Positions 53,943 through 63,353 of a DNA stretch of 64,000 bases are shown here, piece after piece; within the stretch, counting starts at the first letter, position 1; the number at the start of each line of letters is the position of its first letter. A model generated the notes under the pieces. That model did not search any database and had not been told where the DNA came from. It was given only the letters and a program-made list of their open reading frames with translations. Made by a program: the position numbers and the translations under genes. Origin of the DNA: Candidatus Latescibacterota bacterium (lineage in GTDB: Bacteria > Latescibacterota > UBA2968 > UBA8231); NCBI GenBank assembly GCA_965221775.1, contig CBDCSU010000006.1, positions 64,001 to 128,000 of the forward strand, given 5' to 3'.

Positions 53943-56765
53943 TCAGTGGGCGTCGAGCCAGGTCTCGCCGGTGCCCATCTCCACCACGATGGGCACCTCC
54001 ATGGGGATCGCTTCCTTCATCTCCCGCTCCACCACCTCCCGCACCTCCTCCTCCTCCTCGCGGTGGAGGTCGAAGAGCAGCTCGTCGTGGACCTGCAGCA
54101 GCATGCGCGTCTTCCAGCCGCGCTCCACCTGCTGCCGGTGGATGGCGACCATGGCGCGCTTGATCATGTCCGCCGCCGTGCCCTGGATCGGCGAGTTGAT
54201 GGCGTTGCGCTCGGCGGCGGCGCGCACCGCCCGGTTGCGGGAGTGGATGTCCTTCAGGTAGCGGCGGCGGCCGAGCATCGTCTCCACGTACCCGTGCTCC
54301 TTGCAGAACTCGATCGTCTCGTCCATGTAGCGGCGCACGCCGGGGTACTCCTCGAAGTACTGCTCGATGAACTGCTGCCCCAGCTTGCGCGGCAGGCCCA
54401 GCCGCTCCGACAGGCCGAAGGCGGAGATGCCGTAGATGATGCCGAAGTTCACCGTCTTCGCCTGGCGCCGCATCTCGTCGTCGACCATCTCCTCCGGCAC
54501 CCCCCAGATGCGCGACGCCGTCACCGCGTGGATGTCCTCCTCCTCGCGGAAGGCGCGGGTCATGCGCTCGTCGCCGCAGATCTCGGCGATGATGCGCAGC
54601 TCGATCTGCGAGTAGTCGGCGGCCAGCAGGGTGTACTCGGGGCCGCCGGGGACGAAGGCCTTGCGGATCTCGCGCCCCTGCTCGGTGCGGATCGGGATGT
54701 TCTGCAGGTTCGGGCCGCTCGACTGCATGCGGCCGGTGGCGGCCACGGCCTGCTCGTAGTGGGTGTGGACCCGGCCGGTGCCGGGGAAGATCGCCCCCGG
54801 GAGCATGTCGAGGTAGGTCGACTTGAGCTTGGTGCACAGCCTGTGATCGAGGATCCGGGCGGCGATCTCGTGCTCGTGGGAGAGCCGCGTGAGGACCATC
54901 TCGTCGGTCTTGTACTGCTTCGACTTGGAGGTGCGGCGGGCGTTGGGGTCGAGCTGCAGCTTCTCGAAGAGGATGTTGCCGAGCTGCTGGGGCGAGTTGA
55001 GGTTGAAGGGCTCCCCCGCCAGCTCCTCGATCCGTTGCGCCGCCGACTCGATGCGCGCCGCCAGCTCGTCGGAGATCGTCTTGAGGATGGCCGGGTCGAC
55101 GCGGATGCCGGCGTGCTCCATGGCGGCCAGCACCGGGATCAGGGGCGCCTCGACCTCCTCGTACAGCCGCATCTGCCCCGACTCCTCGAGCATCGGCTCG
55201 AGCTTGAGGCTCAGCTGCAGGGCCACGTCGGCGTCCTCCGCGGCGTACTCCGTCAGCTCCTCAAGCGGCACCTCGCGCATGCTGCGCTGGTCCTCGCCGC
55301 GCTCGCCGATCAGGTCGGCGATGGGCACCGGCTTGTACCCGAGCAGGGCCTGGGAGAGGTAGTCGAGGGAGCGGCGCAGGTCGGGCACGGCGAGGAAGGC
55401 GGCCACCATGGTGTCGAAGAGGCGGCCCCGCACCTCGATGCCCTTCCAGCGCAGGGCGACGAGGTCGAACTTGAGGTTGTGGCCGATCTTGGCCACCGCC
55501 GGGTCCTCCAGCAGCGGGCGCAGCTCCTCGAGGACGGCGCGGCCCTCCTCCTCGTCCTCCGGGAAGGGGACGTAGGCCCCCGCGTGCGGCGTGTGGCTCA
55601 CCGCCATCCCCAGCAGCTCGCAGGTGCGCGGGTTGAGGCTCGTCGTCTCCAGGTCGAGGGCGAAGGCGCCGGCCTGCTTCAGCTCGGCGATCAGGGCGGC
55701 GCGGCCGGCGGCGTCCTCCACGGTGCGGTAGTCGTGCTCCACGTCGGCGATGGAGCGCACCTCGTGGGGATCCTCGACGCCGGCGTGGAGGCGCTGCACT
55801 CCGGCCTCGAAGTCGTCGCCGAAGAGGCGCTTGCCGAGGGCGTTGAACTCCAGCTCCGAGAACAGGCCGGTGAGGAGCTTGTCGTCGGCGGGGCCCCGCT
55901 TGAGGGACTCGATCTCGAGCTCCACGGGAACGTCGGTCTCGATCGTCACCAGCCGCTTGGAGAGCCGCGCCTGGTCGGCGTGCTCCTGCAGGACCTGGCG
56001 GCGCTTGCCCTTGATCTCCTCGACGCGGTCGAGGAGCTGCTCCACGGTGTCGAAGTCGGCGAGCAGCTTCTGGGCCGTCTTCTCGCCGATGCCGGGCACG
56101 CCGGGCACGTTGTCGATGGCGTCGCCCATGAGCCCGAAGAGATCGGGGATCTGGTCGATGCGCTCGATCTTCCACTTGGCCAGCACCGCGTCCTGGCCGA
56201 GCAGCTCCGGCGGCCGGCCGGAGCGGCCCGGACGGTAGAGCAGGGTCCGCTCCGACACGAGCTGGGCGAAGTCCTTGTCGGGGGTGACCATGTAGGTCGT
56301 CATGCCCGCCGCCTCGGCGCGGCCCACCAGGGTGCCGATGACGTCGTCGGCCTCCCAGCCGTCGACGCGCACCACGGGGATGTTGAACCCCTCGAGGATG
56401 CGGAAGACGTAGGGCATGGCCATGCCCAGGTCCTCGGGCATGCTCTCGCGCTGGGCCTTGTACTCGGCGAACTCCTCGTGCCGGTGGGTCGGCTCGCCGG
56501 TGTCGAAGACGGCGGCCAGGTGGGTCGGCTCGAAGCGCTCCAGCAGCTCCAGCAGGGTGTTGGTGAAGACGAAGGGCGCCGAGGTGTTCATCCCCCGGGA
56601 GTTGGTCACCGGGTTGTTGATGAGGGCGAAGTGGGCGCGGTAGGCGAGGGCCAGGCCGTCGAGGAGGCAGAGGACGCGGCGGTCGTCGAGGTCGAGCTCT
56701 CCGCTGCGGCCGAGGGCGCGGCCGGCGGCGTCGGAGGGGGCGGCGGCGGTCGTCATGGAGAGCAC
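53943..56765 (-). CDS. polA: DNA polymerase I with 5'-3' and 3'-5' exonuclease domains
   Basis: LDG...YRAHF, EADD, GVPGIGEKTA, DLET, ADYSQIELR, KTVNFGIIYG and QVHDEL. Confidence 0.97.
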   Translation of the reverse strand: MLSMTTAAAPSDAAGRALGRSGELDLDDRRVLCLLDGLALAYRAHFALINNPVTNSRGMNTSAPFVFTNTLLELLERFEPTHLAAVFDTGEPTHRHEEFAEYKAQRESMPEDLGMAMPYVFRILEGFNIPVVRVDGWEADDVIGTLVGRAEAAGMTTYMVTPDKDFAQLVSERTLLYRPGRSGRPPELLGQDAVLAKWKIERIDQIPDLFGLMGDAIDNVPGVPGIGEKTAQKLLADFDTVEQLLDRVEEIKGKRRQVLQEHADQARLSKRLVTIETDVPVELEIESLKRGPADDKLLTGLFSELEFNALGKRLFGDDFEAGVQRLHAGVEDPHEVRSIADVEHDYRTVEDAAGRAALIAELKQAGAFALDLETTSLNPRTCELLGMAVSHTPHAGAYVPFPEDEEEGRAVLEELRPLLEDPAVAKIGHNLKFDLVALRWKGIEVRGRLFDTMVAAFLAVPDLRRSLDYLSQALLGYKPVPIADLIGERGEDQRSMREVPLEELTEYAAEDADVALQLSLKLEPMLEESGQMRLYEEVEAPLIPVLAAMEHAGIRVDPAILKTISDELAARIESAAQRIEELAGEPFNLNSPQQLGNILFEKLQLDPNARRTSKSKQYKTDEMVLTRLSHEHEIAARILDHRLCTKLKSTYLDMLPGAIFPGTGRVHTHYEQAVAATGRMQSSGPNLQNIPIRTEQGREIRKAFVPGGPEYTLLAADYSQIELRIIAEICGDERMTRAFREEEDIHAVTASRIWGVPEEMVDDEMRRQAKTVNFGIIYGISAFGLSERLGLPRKLGQQFIEQYFEEYPGVRRYMDETIEFCKEHGYVETMLGRRRYLKDIHSRNRAVRAAAERNAINSPIQGTAADMIKRAMVAIHRQQVERGWKTRMLLQVHDELLFDLHREEEEEVREVVEREMKEAIPMEVPIVVEMGTGETWLDAH

Positions 56766-56840
56766 CCAACCTAACGACGCCCTCGAACCTCATCAAGCGC
56801 CTTGCCTCCGGGCGCGCAGGCGGCTTGATTGCGCCGCCTG

Positions 56841-57656
56841 ATGAGCAGGAAACCCCCCGATCCCACCGCCCTCGGCCGGGCCTTCCGCCGGCGCCTGCGC
56901 CGCGCCGGCGCCGGGGGGCCGCCAGCCCTCGGGTGCATGGTCTCGGAGTACCTGCGGCCGTCGATGGCGACCCTGCTCGCCGAGGCCGGGTACGACTTCC
57001 TCTTCGTCGAGACCGAGCACGCTTTCCTGCAGACCCCGGAGCTGGCCGGCTTCGTCCACGCCGCCCGCGGCCTGGGCCTGCCGGCGATCGCCAAGACCGA
57101 CCTCGACCGCGGCGAGGTGACCCGCCTCCTCGACGCCGGCCTGTGCGGCCTGCAGCTGCCGCGCACCGAGTCGCCCGAGCAGCTCGCCGAGCTGGCCGAG
57201 TACGCCCTCTTCCCGCCGAAGGGCTCCCGCGCCGGGGCCCCGGGATACGCCAGCAGCGACTACCGGATCCCCGAGGACCACGCCGCCTGGCTGCGGCGGG
57301 CCAACCAGTCCGTCAGCATCGTGGCCCACATCGAGACCGCCGAGGGGTTGCGCAACGCCGCCGCCATCGCCGCCAGCCCCCACGTGGACGTCGTCTACGT
57401 GGGGCCCTACGACTTCTCCATCGCCATGGGCCGCCCCGGCGACTACGACCACCCCGACGTGACCGGCCCCATGAGGCGCATCCTGCGGCTGTGCCGCGAG
57501 CGCCGGGTCTGCTTCGGGACGACGCCCTCCGGCCCCGGGACGGCGCGGGACTGGGTCCGTCGCGGCGCCGGGTTCTTCGAGCTGGGCAGCGAGCTGGAGC
57601 TGTTGGAGCGGGCGGCGCGGGCCGAGGTGGAGGCCTACCGTGGCGGACAGGAGTGA
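56841..57656 (+). CDS. HpcH/HpaI-family aldolase
   Basis: GYDFLFVETEH, LLDAG, FPPKGSR, HIET and VGPYDFS. Confidence 0.88.
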   Translation: MSRKPPDPTALGRAFRRRLRRAGAGGPPALGCMVSEYLRPSMATLLAEAGYDFLFVETEHAFLQTPELAGFVHAARGLGLPAIAKTDLDRGEVTRLLDAGLCGLQLPRTESPEQLAELAEYALFPPKGSRAGAPGYASSDYRIPEDHAAWLRRANQSVSIVAHIETAEGLRNAAAIAASPHVDVVYVGPYDFSIAMGRPGDYDHPDVTGPMRRILRLCRERRVCFGTTPSGPGTARDWVRRGAGFFELGSELELLERAARAEVEAYRGGQE

Positions 57657-57771
57657 TGGGTCCCCCTTCGGGGTCACGCCTCGAATCAGTCCGCTTGTTC
57701 CGATGAATGTCACATCCCACTAACAAACTCAAATCCCAAATGCGACGATCTGTGAGAGAAAGGGTTGCCTC

Positions 57772-57828
57772 ATGACCGAAACGGAAAAATACCTCTTCGA
57801 TGTCCACGGAGCGGGTCCATGGCGCTGA
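57772..57828 (+). pseudogene. N-terminal stub of a PhyH-family gene (MTETEKYLFDVHG...)
   Basis: An 18-codon ORF behind a purine-rich RBS. Its first 13 aa parallel the start of the next gene (MTEEQRWAFELDG). Confidence 0.55.
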
Positions 57829-59351
57829 TGACCGAGGAGCAGAGGTGGGCCTTCGAGCTCGACGGCTATATCCTCCTCCCGAGCCTGCTCGGCGCGCCGG
57901 CAGCGGCGCACGCCACACCCGCCGCTCTGGCTGAGCATCCGGACTTGCTGGCTGCGATTGATCAGCTAGCTGGCGGGGAGTTACCACTGTGGCACCGCGC
58001 TGCGTACGACGGTACTGAAGGGAAGGAACAGGAGTTCCACACGATCAAGTTTGAGCTGGACCGGCCGTCGCGCCGCCTGACCAAAGAGGGGCAGTGGGCC
58101 AATGATCTGACGGTGGATGAGCAGCGCCGGCTGGGCTACGACACGACCAGCCGGCCCGACCGGGTGTGCGTCTGGGGGCTGCGCGCGCTGTGGGCCGTGG
58201 GCGACAGCCGCGCGGTGGTGTGCCCCGCGTCGCACAAAGCCAACGTCCAGCCGCCCCCGAGCATGGCGCGCGCCGAGGAGCTCGGGGCGACGGAGTGCGT
58301 GCAGCTCCGCGCTGGCGACTGTCTGCTCGCGGTTGCCACCACGCTGGTCGGCGCCGCCCCGGGCTCCTCGCTGCAGGAGTGCATCTTTTGCGACGACTCC
58401 CGCTACCCTGGGGGGGCCTTCGGCCACGGCACGACGGGTGTGGACAGCTGGCTGGATGAGCTCGCGCCGGCGCGCCGAGCGCTGGTGTCCGGCCCACCAC
58501 GCGGCCTCGGCCACGACGGCCAGCCCCTCAGCAACGACCAGCAGCTGGCGCCGTCGCTGCTGGGCGTCAACACGCGGCCTGACGCTCCGAACCACGAGGA
58601 GGTGTGGTTCTGGGACCTAAGAGGCTACCTGGTGCTGCCTGGCGTGATGGACCGCGAGTGGTTAGCGCAGTGCAATGCAGCGCTCGACTCGCCCTTCGCC
58701 GAAGCCAACCGTCGGCCGGTGGGCCTTTCGAGCAGTGTCGTGGGCGAGTACCCGAACTACGAGGGCTGTTCTCAGACTATTGCCCCGGCCCCGGGCACGC
58801 GCTGCACCGAAGAGCGCATCTCGCAGACCTGGACCCATCCCTCACCCTTCAGCGACGGCTTTCGACGCATGATCGACAATCCGCTCGTGAACGCGCGGCT
58901 GAAGTGGATGATCGACCCGGGCTTCGTCATGACGACGTGCTACACCATCGTCAGCCGCGACGGGGCGGCCGGCCAGCCCCTTCATGGCGGCTGGTTTTAC
59001 GGCGCCGGCCCTACCTATCACTTCCGGGACGGACAGCCTCGTACGGAGCAGGTGAACATCGGCTGGCTGCTCCAAGACGTCGAGACGGCGACGGGCGACG
59101 GCGGACTGATGTTAGTCCCCGGAAGCCACAAAGCGCGGCTGCCGCTGCCGCGCCCGAAGCAAACCAGCTGCGACCTGCCGCAGGTCAAGCATATGCAGGG
59201 GGTTGCCGGGACGGTGATCATGTACACGGGCACGACGACGCACGGCGTGCGCAGCTGGCGCAACCCCAATCGCGAGCGACGCTTCGTCAACACCAAAGCG
59301 GGACCCAATATACTGCGGCCGGAGCGCGAGGCGGCGCAACCGAGTCCCTGA
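57828..59351 (+). CDS. Double-domain PhyH-family protein (first domain degenerate)
   Basis: Two units, FELDGY...PASHK and WDLRGY...LHGG...VPGSHK...THG; start at 57819 or 57828. Confidence 0.75.
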   Translation: MTEEQRWAFELDGYILLPSLLGAPAAAHATPAALAEHPDLLAAIDQLAGGELPLWHRAAYDGTEGKEQEFHTIKFELDRPSRRLTKEGQWANDLTVDEQRRLGYDTTSRPDRVCVWGLRALWAVGDSRAVVCPASHKANVQPPPSMARAEELGATECVQLRAGDCLLAVATTLVGAAPGSSLQECIFCDDSRYPGGAFGHGTTGVDSWLDELAPARRALVSGPPRGLGHDGQPLSNDQQLAPSLLGVNTRPDAPNHEEVWFWDLRGYLVLPGVMDREWLAQCNAALDSPFAEANRRPVGLSSSVVGEYPNYEGCSQTIAPAPGTRCTEERISQTWTHPSPFSDGFRRMIDNPLVNARLKWMIDPGFVMTTCYTIVSRDGAAGQPLHGGWFYGAGPTYHFRDGQPRTEQVNIGWLLQDVETATGDGGLMLVPGSHKARLPLPRPKQTSCDLPQVKHMQGVAGTVIMYTGTTTHGVRSWRNPNRERRFVNTKAGPNILRPEREAAQPSP

Positions 59352-59354
59352 TGA

Positions 59355-59663
59355 CCTTTCGATAGCCTCACCATCCTTCACTACGCAGAGCACATTGCTG
59401 ACGTGCCCGCCAAGAGAACCGAGCGCTATCGGTGGCCGGTCTTGCGTGGTGGCTCGTGCGAATGGATGGAGTTCGAGCAGTTTGACACTTCCGACGGAAT
59501 CGCCGACTGGCCCGGTGGCAGCTATTTCCAGTCCATCACAGGAGAGTACATGGCTTGCAGGAGCTACGCGACGGGACGGGTCGGTGCCGCAGACTCGTAT
59601 CTGTTCAACGCCAGGGATCTGACGGATTTCGCGGTAGCATGGCTGGAAGAACAGTTCGGTTAG
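59355..59663 (+). pseudogene. 3' half of an aminoglycoside N(3)-acetyltransferase (AAC(3)/Antibiotic_NAT family)
   Basis: PFDSLTILHYAEHIADVPAKR...FDTS...YF..I...GRVGAADSYLF.A.DL.DFAVAWLE carries the TxLHxAE motif. There is no 5' half, and in-frame TGA TGA precedes it. Confidence 0.75.
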
Positions 59664-59677
59664 CAGGGCCAGGTGAC

Positions 59678-61162
59678 TCAGTGTTGGCGATCTGCGCTTC
59701 GTCCAGGAAATGGCCCCGGCGTGTATCTGAACAGATCACCGGTTCCCCCCGGCAGACGGATCGTCAGTGCGCCCCCGCTCACTTTGACGGTCTCGACGTT
59801 GCCGCTGAGGCGGTTCAGGCGATAGAGCTCGCTCACCTCGGGTTTGAACCTGACGGTGAAGGTCAGCTCGAAGTCTTCCGCGGTGCCGCCCTTGTCGTGC
59901 CAGAGGTTGGTCAGCATGAAATAGGGCTCTCCTCGATCATCGGTGAAGAACCCCAGCAGGCCATCCTTGTATTCGCCCGGTGATTCGACTACCACATCTG
60001 TGATCTGGTGATCGTTGCCTGCACCGTAGGACCAGGCTGTGGCCCCCCTTGGGGTCGGGTTGCCCACACGCGAGGAGCCTTCGTCGTGCCGGCCCTGCAC
60101 GAAGCGCACATCGGTGCTGGTGAGAAAGCGGAGTGCCGTACCGAGATTCGCCACCTCGACATTGGCCTGGGCCGCATGGTGATACAGGCGATTCGGCTGA
60201 CCGTCTGCTTCGATGAGACCGCGCTCGAATGCGATGTCGTAAGTGAAATAGGCGATGCCCGTGTAGCCATAGGTCAACGGTGTGAAGAGTTGGAATCGAA
60301 TGTCTGATTCACTGGGCAGGCGTCGATGCCATCCGTTGTGTGTCTCGAAGGACTGGATGAAGAGCCAGTAGGGCATGCCCTGTTCCAGGGCCACGTGTCG
60401 GACGACTTCCAGCACCTTGAAGTAGCTCTCTGCATGGACCCAGCCGTCCACCTCTTCCAGGTCGCCGAGGGGGTAGACATCGACCATCAGGACATCGGGA
60501 TCGATGATGGCGGCGAAGTCGTCGATGTAGCGCTCGTAATCGGGGCCGAGCAGCATCTCGCCTTCGGGCCTGGCATTGCAGTAGGCGAGCGCTTCGGGGT
60601 GGAGCTGCCTCAGCCACTTGAGCATGTGCCGGGTGTAGCGCATGTAGGTGGAGACCACGGGCTCGTCATTGACGAGCCATCCGATGCATCCCGGATTGCT
60701 GATCAGGTCCCGGATGTAAGCACGGTTTTCTTCACTGTCCAGTTCGCCCAGCGCTTCGCGCAGCGACTGTTCGCTGGCGCCTTCGCGGTTGGTCTGCTCG
60801 TCGCCCCAATGGTCGAGGTAGAGGTGATAGGGCAGTCGGTTCGCAGATGCGATGGGCAGCAGCTCGTCGAAGGTGCTCGGCTCCCACGCGAGGAGCGCGC
60901 TCATGTTGGCTTCGCGGTACTGATCCGCATCGAAGGGCCTGGGTGTCATCCGGGTCAGCCCCATGATGGTGAAGGGATGGCTGCGCACCCAGCGATGCCC
61001 GCGCTGCATCGTGGGCGGGCCGGCCGGTGAGAGCGTTTCCGAGGTGATCTCGCGCGGTGATTGGTGCTGGTTGCTGCTCACGGCCTGGCCCCAGGCCATC
61101 GACATGCCCAACAACGAGCATCCGATCAGACCGTGAAGCACAATATGAGATTTCCCACGCAT
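59678..61162 (-). CDS. Secreted hypothetical protein, possibly a glycoside-hydrolase-like TIM barrel
   Basis: Signal peptide; GWLVNDEP, DVYP, YWLFIQ and GIAYFTY; lower-GC codon usage. Confidence 0.6.
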   Translation of the reverse strand: MRGKSHIVLHGLIGCSLLGMSMAWGQAVSSNQHQSPREITSETLSPAGPPTMQRGHRWVRSHPFTIMGLTRMTPRPFDADQYREANMSALLAWEPSTFDELLPIASANRLPYHLYLDHWGDEQTNREGASEQSLREALGELDSEENRAYIRDLISNPGCIGWLVNDEPVVSTYMRYTRHMLKWLRQLHPEALAYCNARPEGEMLLGPDYERYIDDFAAIIDPDVLMVDVYPLGDLEEVDGWVHAESYFKVLEVVRHVALEQGMPYWLFIQSFETHNGWHRRLPSESDIRFQLFTPLTYGYTGIAYFTYDIAFERGLIEADGQPNRLYHHAAQANVEVANLGTALRFLTSTDVRFVQGRHDEGSSRVGNPTPRGATAWSYGAGNDHQITDVVVESPGEYKDGLLGFFTDDRGEPYFMLTNLWHDKGGTAEDFELTFTVRFKPEVSELYRLNRLSGNVETVKVSGGALTIRLPGGTGDLFRYTPGPFPGRSADRQH

Positions 61163-61174
61163 GCGATCCTCCTT

Positions 61175-62194
61175 TCAGGGAGGGCTGCCCTGCCACTGGA
61201 AGATGACGCCGAGCATCCCCTTCTCGCGGCGGTAGATCATCTCGTAGGCCTCGGCCATTCTCGTGTACGGCAGCCGGTGGGTGATCAGCCGGCTCGGCGC
61301 CAGGCCGCGCGCCATGAGGGACAGAGTGTGCTCGCAGGTGCGCACCGCGTCGAAGCGGTCGCCTTCCGCCGTCGGGAATAGATAGCCGCCCCGTCCGGAG
61401 ACGGCGACGAGGGCGATCCCCTTGTTGTAGAACCACTCCATGCCCACGGGGTTGAAGTCGTCGAGGGGCTCCTCGCCCCGCCCGGGCAGGGCGACGACGG
61501 AGACGCGGCCGTTGTCGCGCACCACCTCGCAGGCGGCCTTCCAGGCCGGCCAGGGGTTGGCGGTGAGGATCACCAGGTCGATGCCGGCGCCGCCGGTGAA
61601 CTCGTCGAGACGGGCCTCCAGGTCGGGATCGTCGGAGAGCCAGGCCGCCTCGGCCCCCATGTCGGTGGCCATGCCCAGGCGCCCAGGGTGATTGCCGAGA
61701 CCGACGACGCGCGCCCCGAAGAACGGCCCGAGGGCGACCGCCCCGAGGCCGAGCACTCCTAGTCCGACGACGGCCACGTTCTCCCCCGGCGTGAACCAGG
61801 CCTTGCGGTAGCAGTGGGCGCTCAGGGTGTAGAGGTGGGCCCACACGGCGTCCTCCGGGTCGACGCCCTCGGGCACGCGGACCACGCTCTGGGCCTCGTC
61901 GACGACGTACTCCGACTGGTGCGGGGCCCGCGTCACCACCCGGTCCCCCACCCGGATGCGCTTCACCTCGGAGCCGACGGCGCGCACCACCCCGAGGTTG
62001 CTGTCGCCCACCCAGCGCGGGTAGTCCGGCGCCCCGGGGACGCGCTCGGCGCCCTCGTAGTTGCCGCGGTCGGTGCCGATCTTCAGCGCCGAGATCTCGG
62101 TCTCCACGTGGATCTGCGTGGGGGCGAGGTCCGTGTCCAGGGGCTGCTCCTCGATGCGCAGGTCCCGCGGCCCGTGCAGCACGGCGATCTTCAT
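61175..62194 (-). CDS. MDR-family (zinc-binding type) alcohol dehydrogenase
   Basis: MKIAVLHGPRDLR, GTD, VVGLGVLG and LITHR. Confidence 0.85.
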   Translation of the reverse strand: MKIAVLHGPRDLRIEEQPLDTDLAPTQIHVETEISALKIGTDRGNYEGAERVPGAPDYPRWVGDSNLGVVRAVGSEVKRIRVGDRVVTRAPHQSEYVVDEAQSVVRVPEGVDPEDAVWAHLYTLSAHCYRKAWFTPGENVAVVGLGVLGLGAVALGPFFGARVVGLGNHPGRLGMATDMGAEAAWLSDDPDLEARLDEFTGGAGIDLVILTANPWPAWKAACEVVRDNGRVSVVALPGRGEEPLDDFNPVGMEWFYNKGIALVAVSGRGGYLFPTAEGDRFDAVRTCEHTLSLMARGLAPSRLITHRLPYTRMAEAYEMIYRREKGMLGVIFQWQGSPP

Positions 62195-62225
62195 GAGTCT
62201 GCTCCGTCGTTTCGGGACTGGCGGC

Positions 62226-63353
62226 TCAGTGCGGATCCCCCGCCCGCCACCGGTGCTTCTCCACGCCCTCCATGTCCAGCTCCACCCCGATACCCGGCCG
62301 GTTCGGCACCACGACCCGCCCCTCCACGACCTGCAGGGGCTCGTCGATCACCTCGTCCCGCCAGTCGATGCCGGTGACGAACTCCATGGGCGCGGCGTTG
62401 GGGATCGACATCATCACGTGGGCCGCCGCCAGGATGCCCACGGGCCCCTTGGTGTTGTGGAAGGAGATCGGCACGTGGAAGGTGTCGGCCATGGCGGCGA
62501 TCTTCCTCGCCTCGGTGATACCGCCCGAGTACATCAGGTCGGGCTGGGCGATGTCGATACCCTCCATCTCCAGGAGGCGGCGGAACTGGCTCTTGGTGTT
62601 GAGCCGCTCCGAGCCCATGACCGGGATCGAGATCTCGCGGCGGATCTTCGGGTACGCCGTCAGGTCGTCGGGGGCCACCGGGTCCTCGTAGGCGAACAGG
62701 TCGAGGTGCTCGAGGCGCCGGGCCAGACGGATGGAGTTGGCCACGGTGAAGCGGCCGTGGCAGTCGATGAAGAGCTTCACCTCAGGCCCCACGGCCTCGC
62801 GCACGGCTTCGAAGTGGGCCGCCGTCTTCTCGGGGTGACCGTCGTCGAGGTAGGTGTCCCAGTCGAGGCCGGCCCGGTCGCGCCAGCTGGCGCCTCCCTT
62901 CAGGGCGAAGTAGCCCTCGTCCCGCTTGGCCTTCGCCATCGCCGCCGTCGCCTCGGGGGTGGCGCCGCCGAAATGGGTGTACACGTCGACCGCCTCGCGG
63001 AAGGCGCCGCCGAGCAGCTCGTAGACCGGCAGGCCCGCCACCTTGCCCTTGATGTCCCACAAGGCGATGTCGATGCCCGCCAGGGCGCTCATCCACACGG
63101 GGCCGGCCATGCGCCAGATGCCGCTCACCGAGGATCGCTTGTAGATGTGGTGCCACAGGTACTCGATGCGCGCCGGGTCGAGGCCGACCAGCTCCTGCTT
63201 CATGTGCTCCACGGCGGCGCAGACCACGGGCTCCTTGAGGGAGTAGGTGGCCTCGCCCAGGCCGGTGATCCCCTCGTCGGTGTGGACCCGGACGATGGTC
63301 CACTTGCGGCCCGGGGAGGCGATCATCAGGGTGTCGATGTCGGTGATCTTCAT
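62226..63353 (-). CDS. Enolase-superfamily acid-sugar dehydratase (DgoD-like)
   Basis: TDEGITGLGE, IDIALWDIKGK, DCHGR, EDP, SER and QPD...GGITE. Confidence 0.88.
   Translation of the reverse strand: MKITDIDTLMIASPGRKWTIVRVHTDEGITGLGEATYSLKEPVVCAAVEHMKQELVGLDPARIEYLWHHIYKRSSVSGIWRMAGPVWMSALAGIDIALWDIKGKVAGLPVYELLGGAFREAVDVYTHFGGATPEATAAMAKAKRDEGYFALKGGASWRDRAGLDWDTYLDDGHPEKTAAHFEAVREAVGPEVKLFIDCHGRFTVANSIRLARRLEHLDLFAYEDPVAPDDLTAYPKIRREISIPVMGSERLNTKSQFRRLLEMEGIDIAQPDLMYSGGITEARKIAAMADTFHVPISFHNTKGPVGILAAAHVMMSIPNAAPMEFVTGIDWRDEVIDEPLQVVEGRVVVPNRPGIGVELDMEGVEKHRWRAGDPH

Noticed and set aside
52275-56774. 1499-aa plus-strand ORF
   Set aside because: Antisense shadow of polA and Rieske A in high-GC DNA; no motifs of its own.
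59349-59354. TGA readthrough (Sec or recoding) fusing PhyH to AAC(3)
   Set aside because: There are two consecutive TGA codons, no SECIS-like hairpin was recognised, TGA is the normal stop throughout the window, and the downstream part is only half a domain.
57657-59700. Integron cassette array
   Set aside because: No attC-like RYYYAAC...GTTRRRY inverted pairs and no integrase were found.
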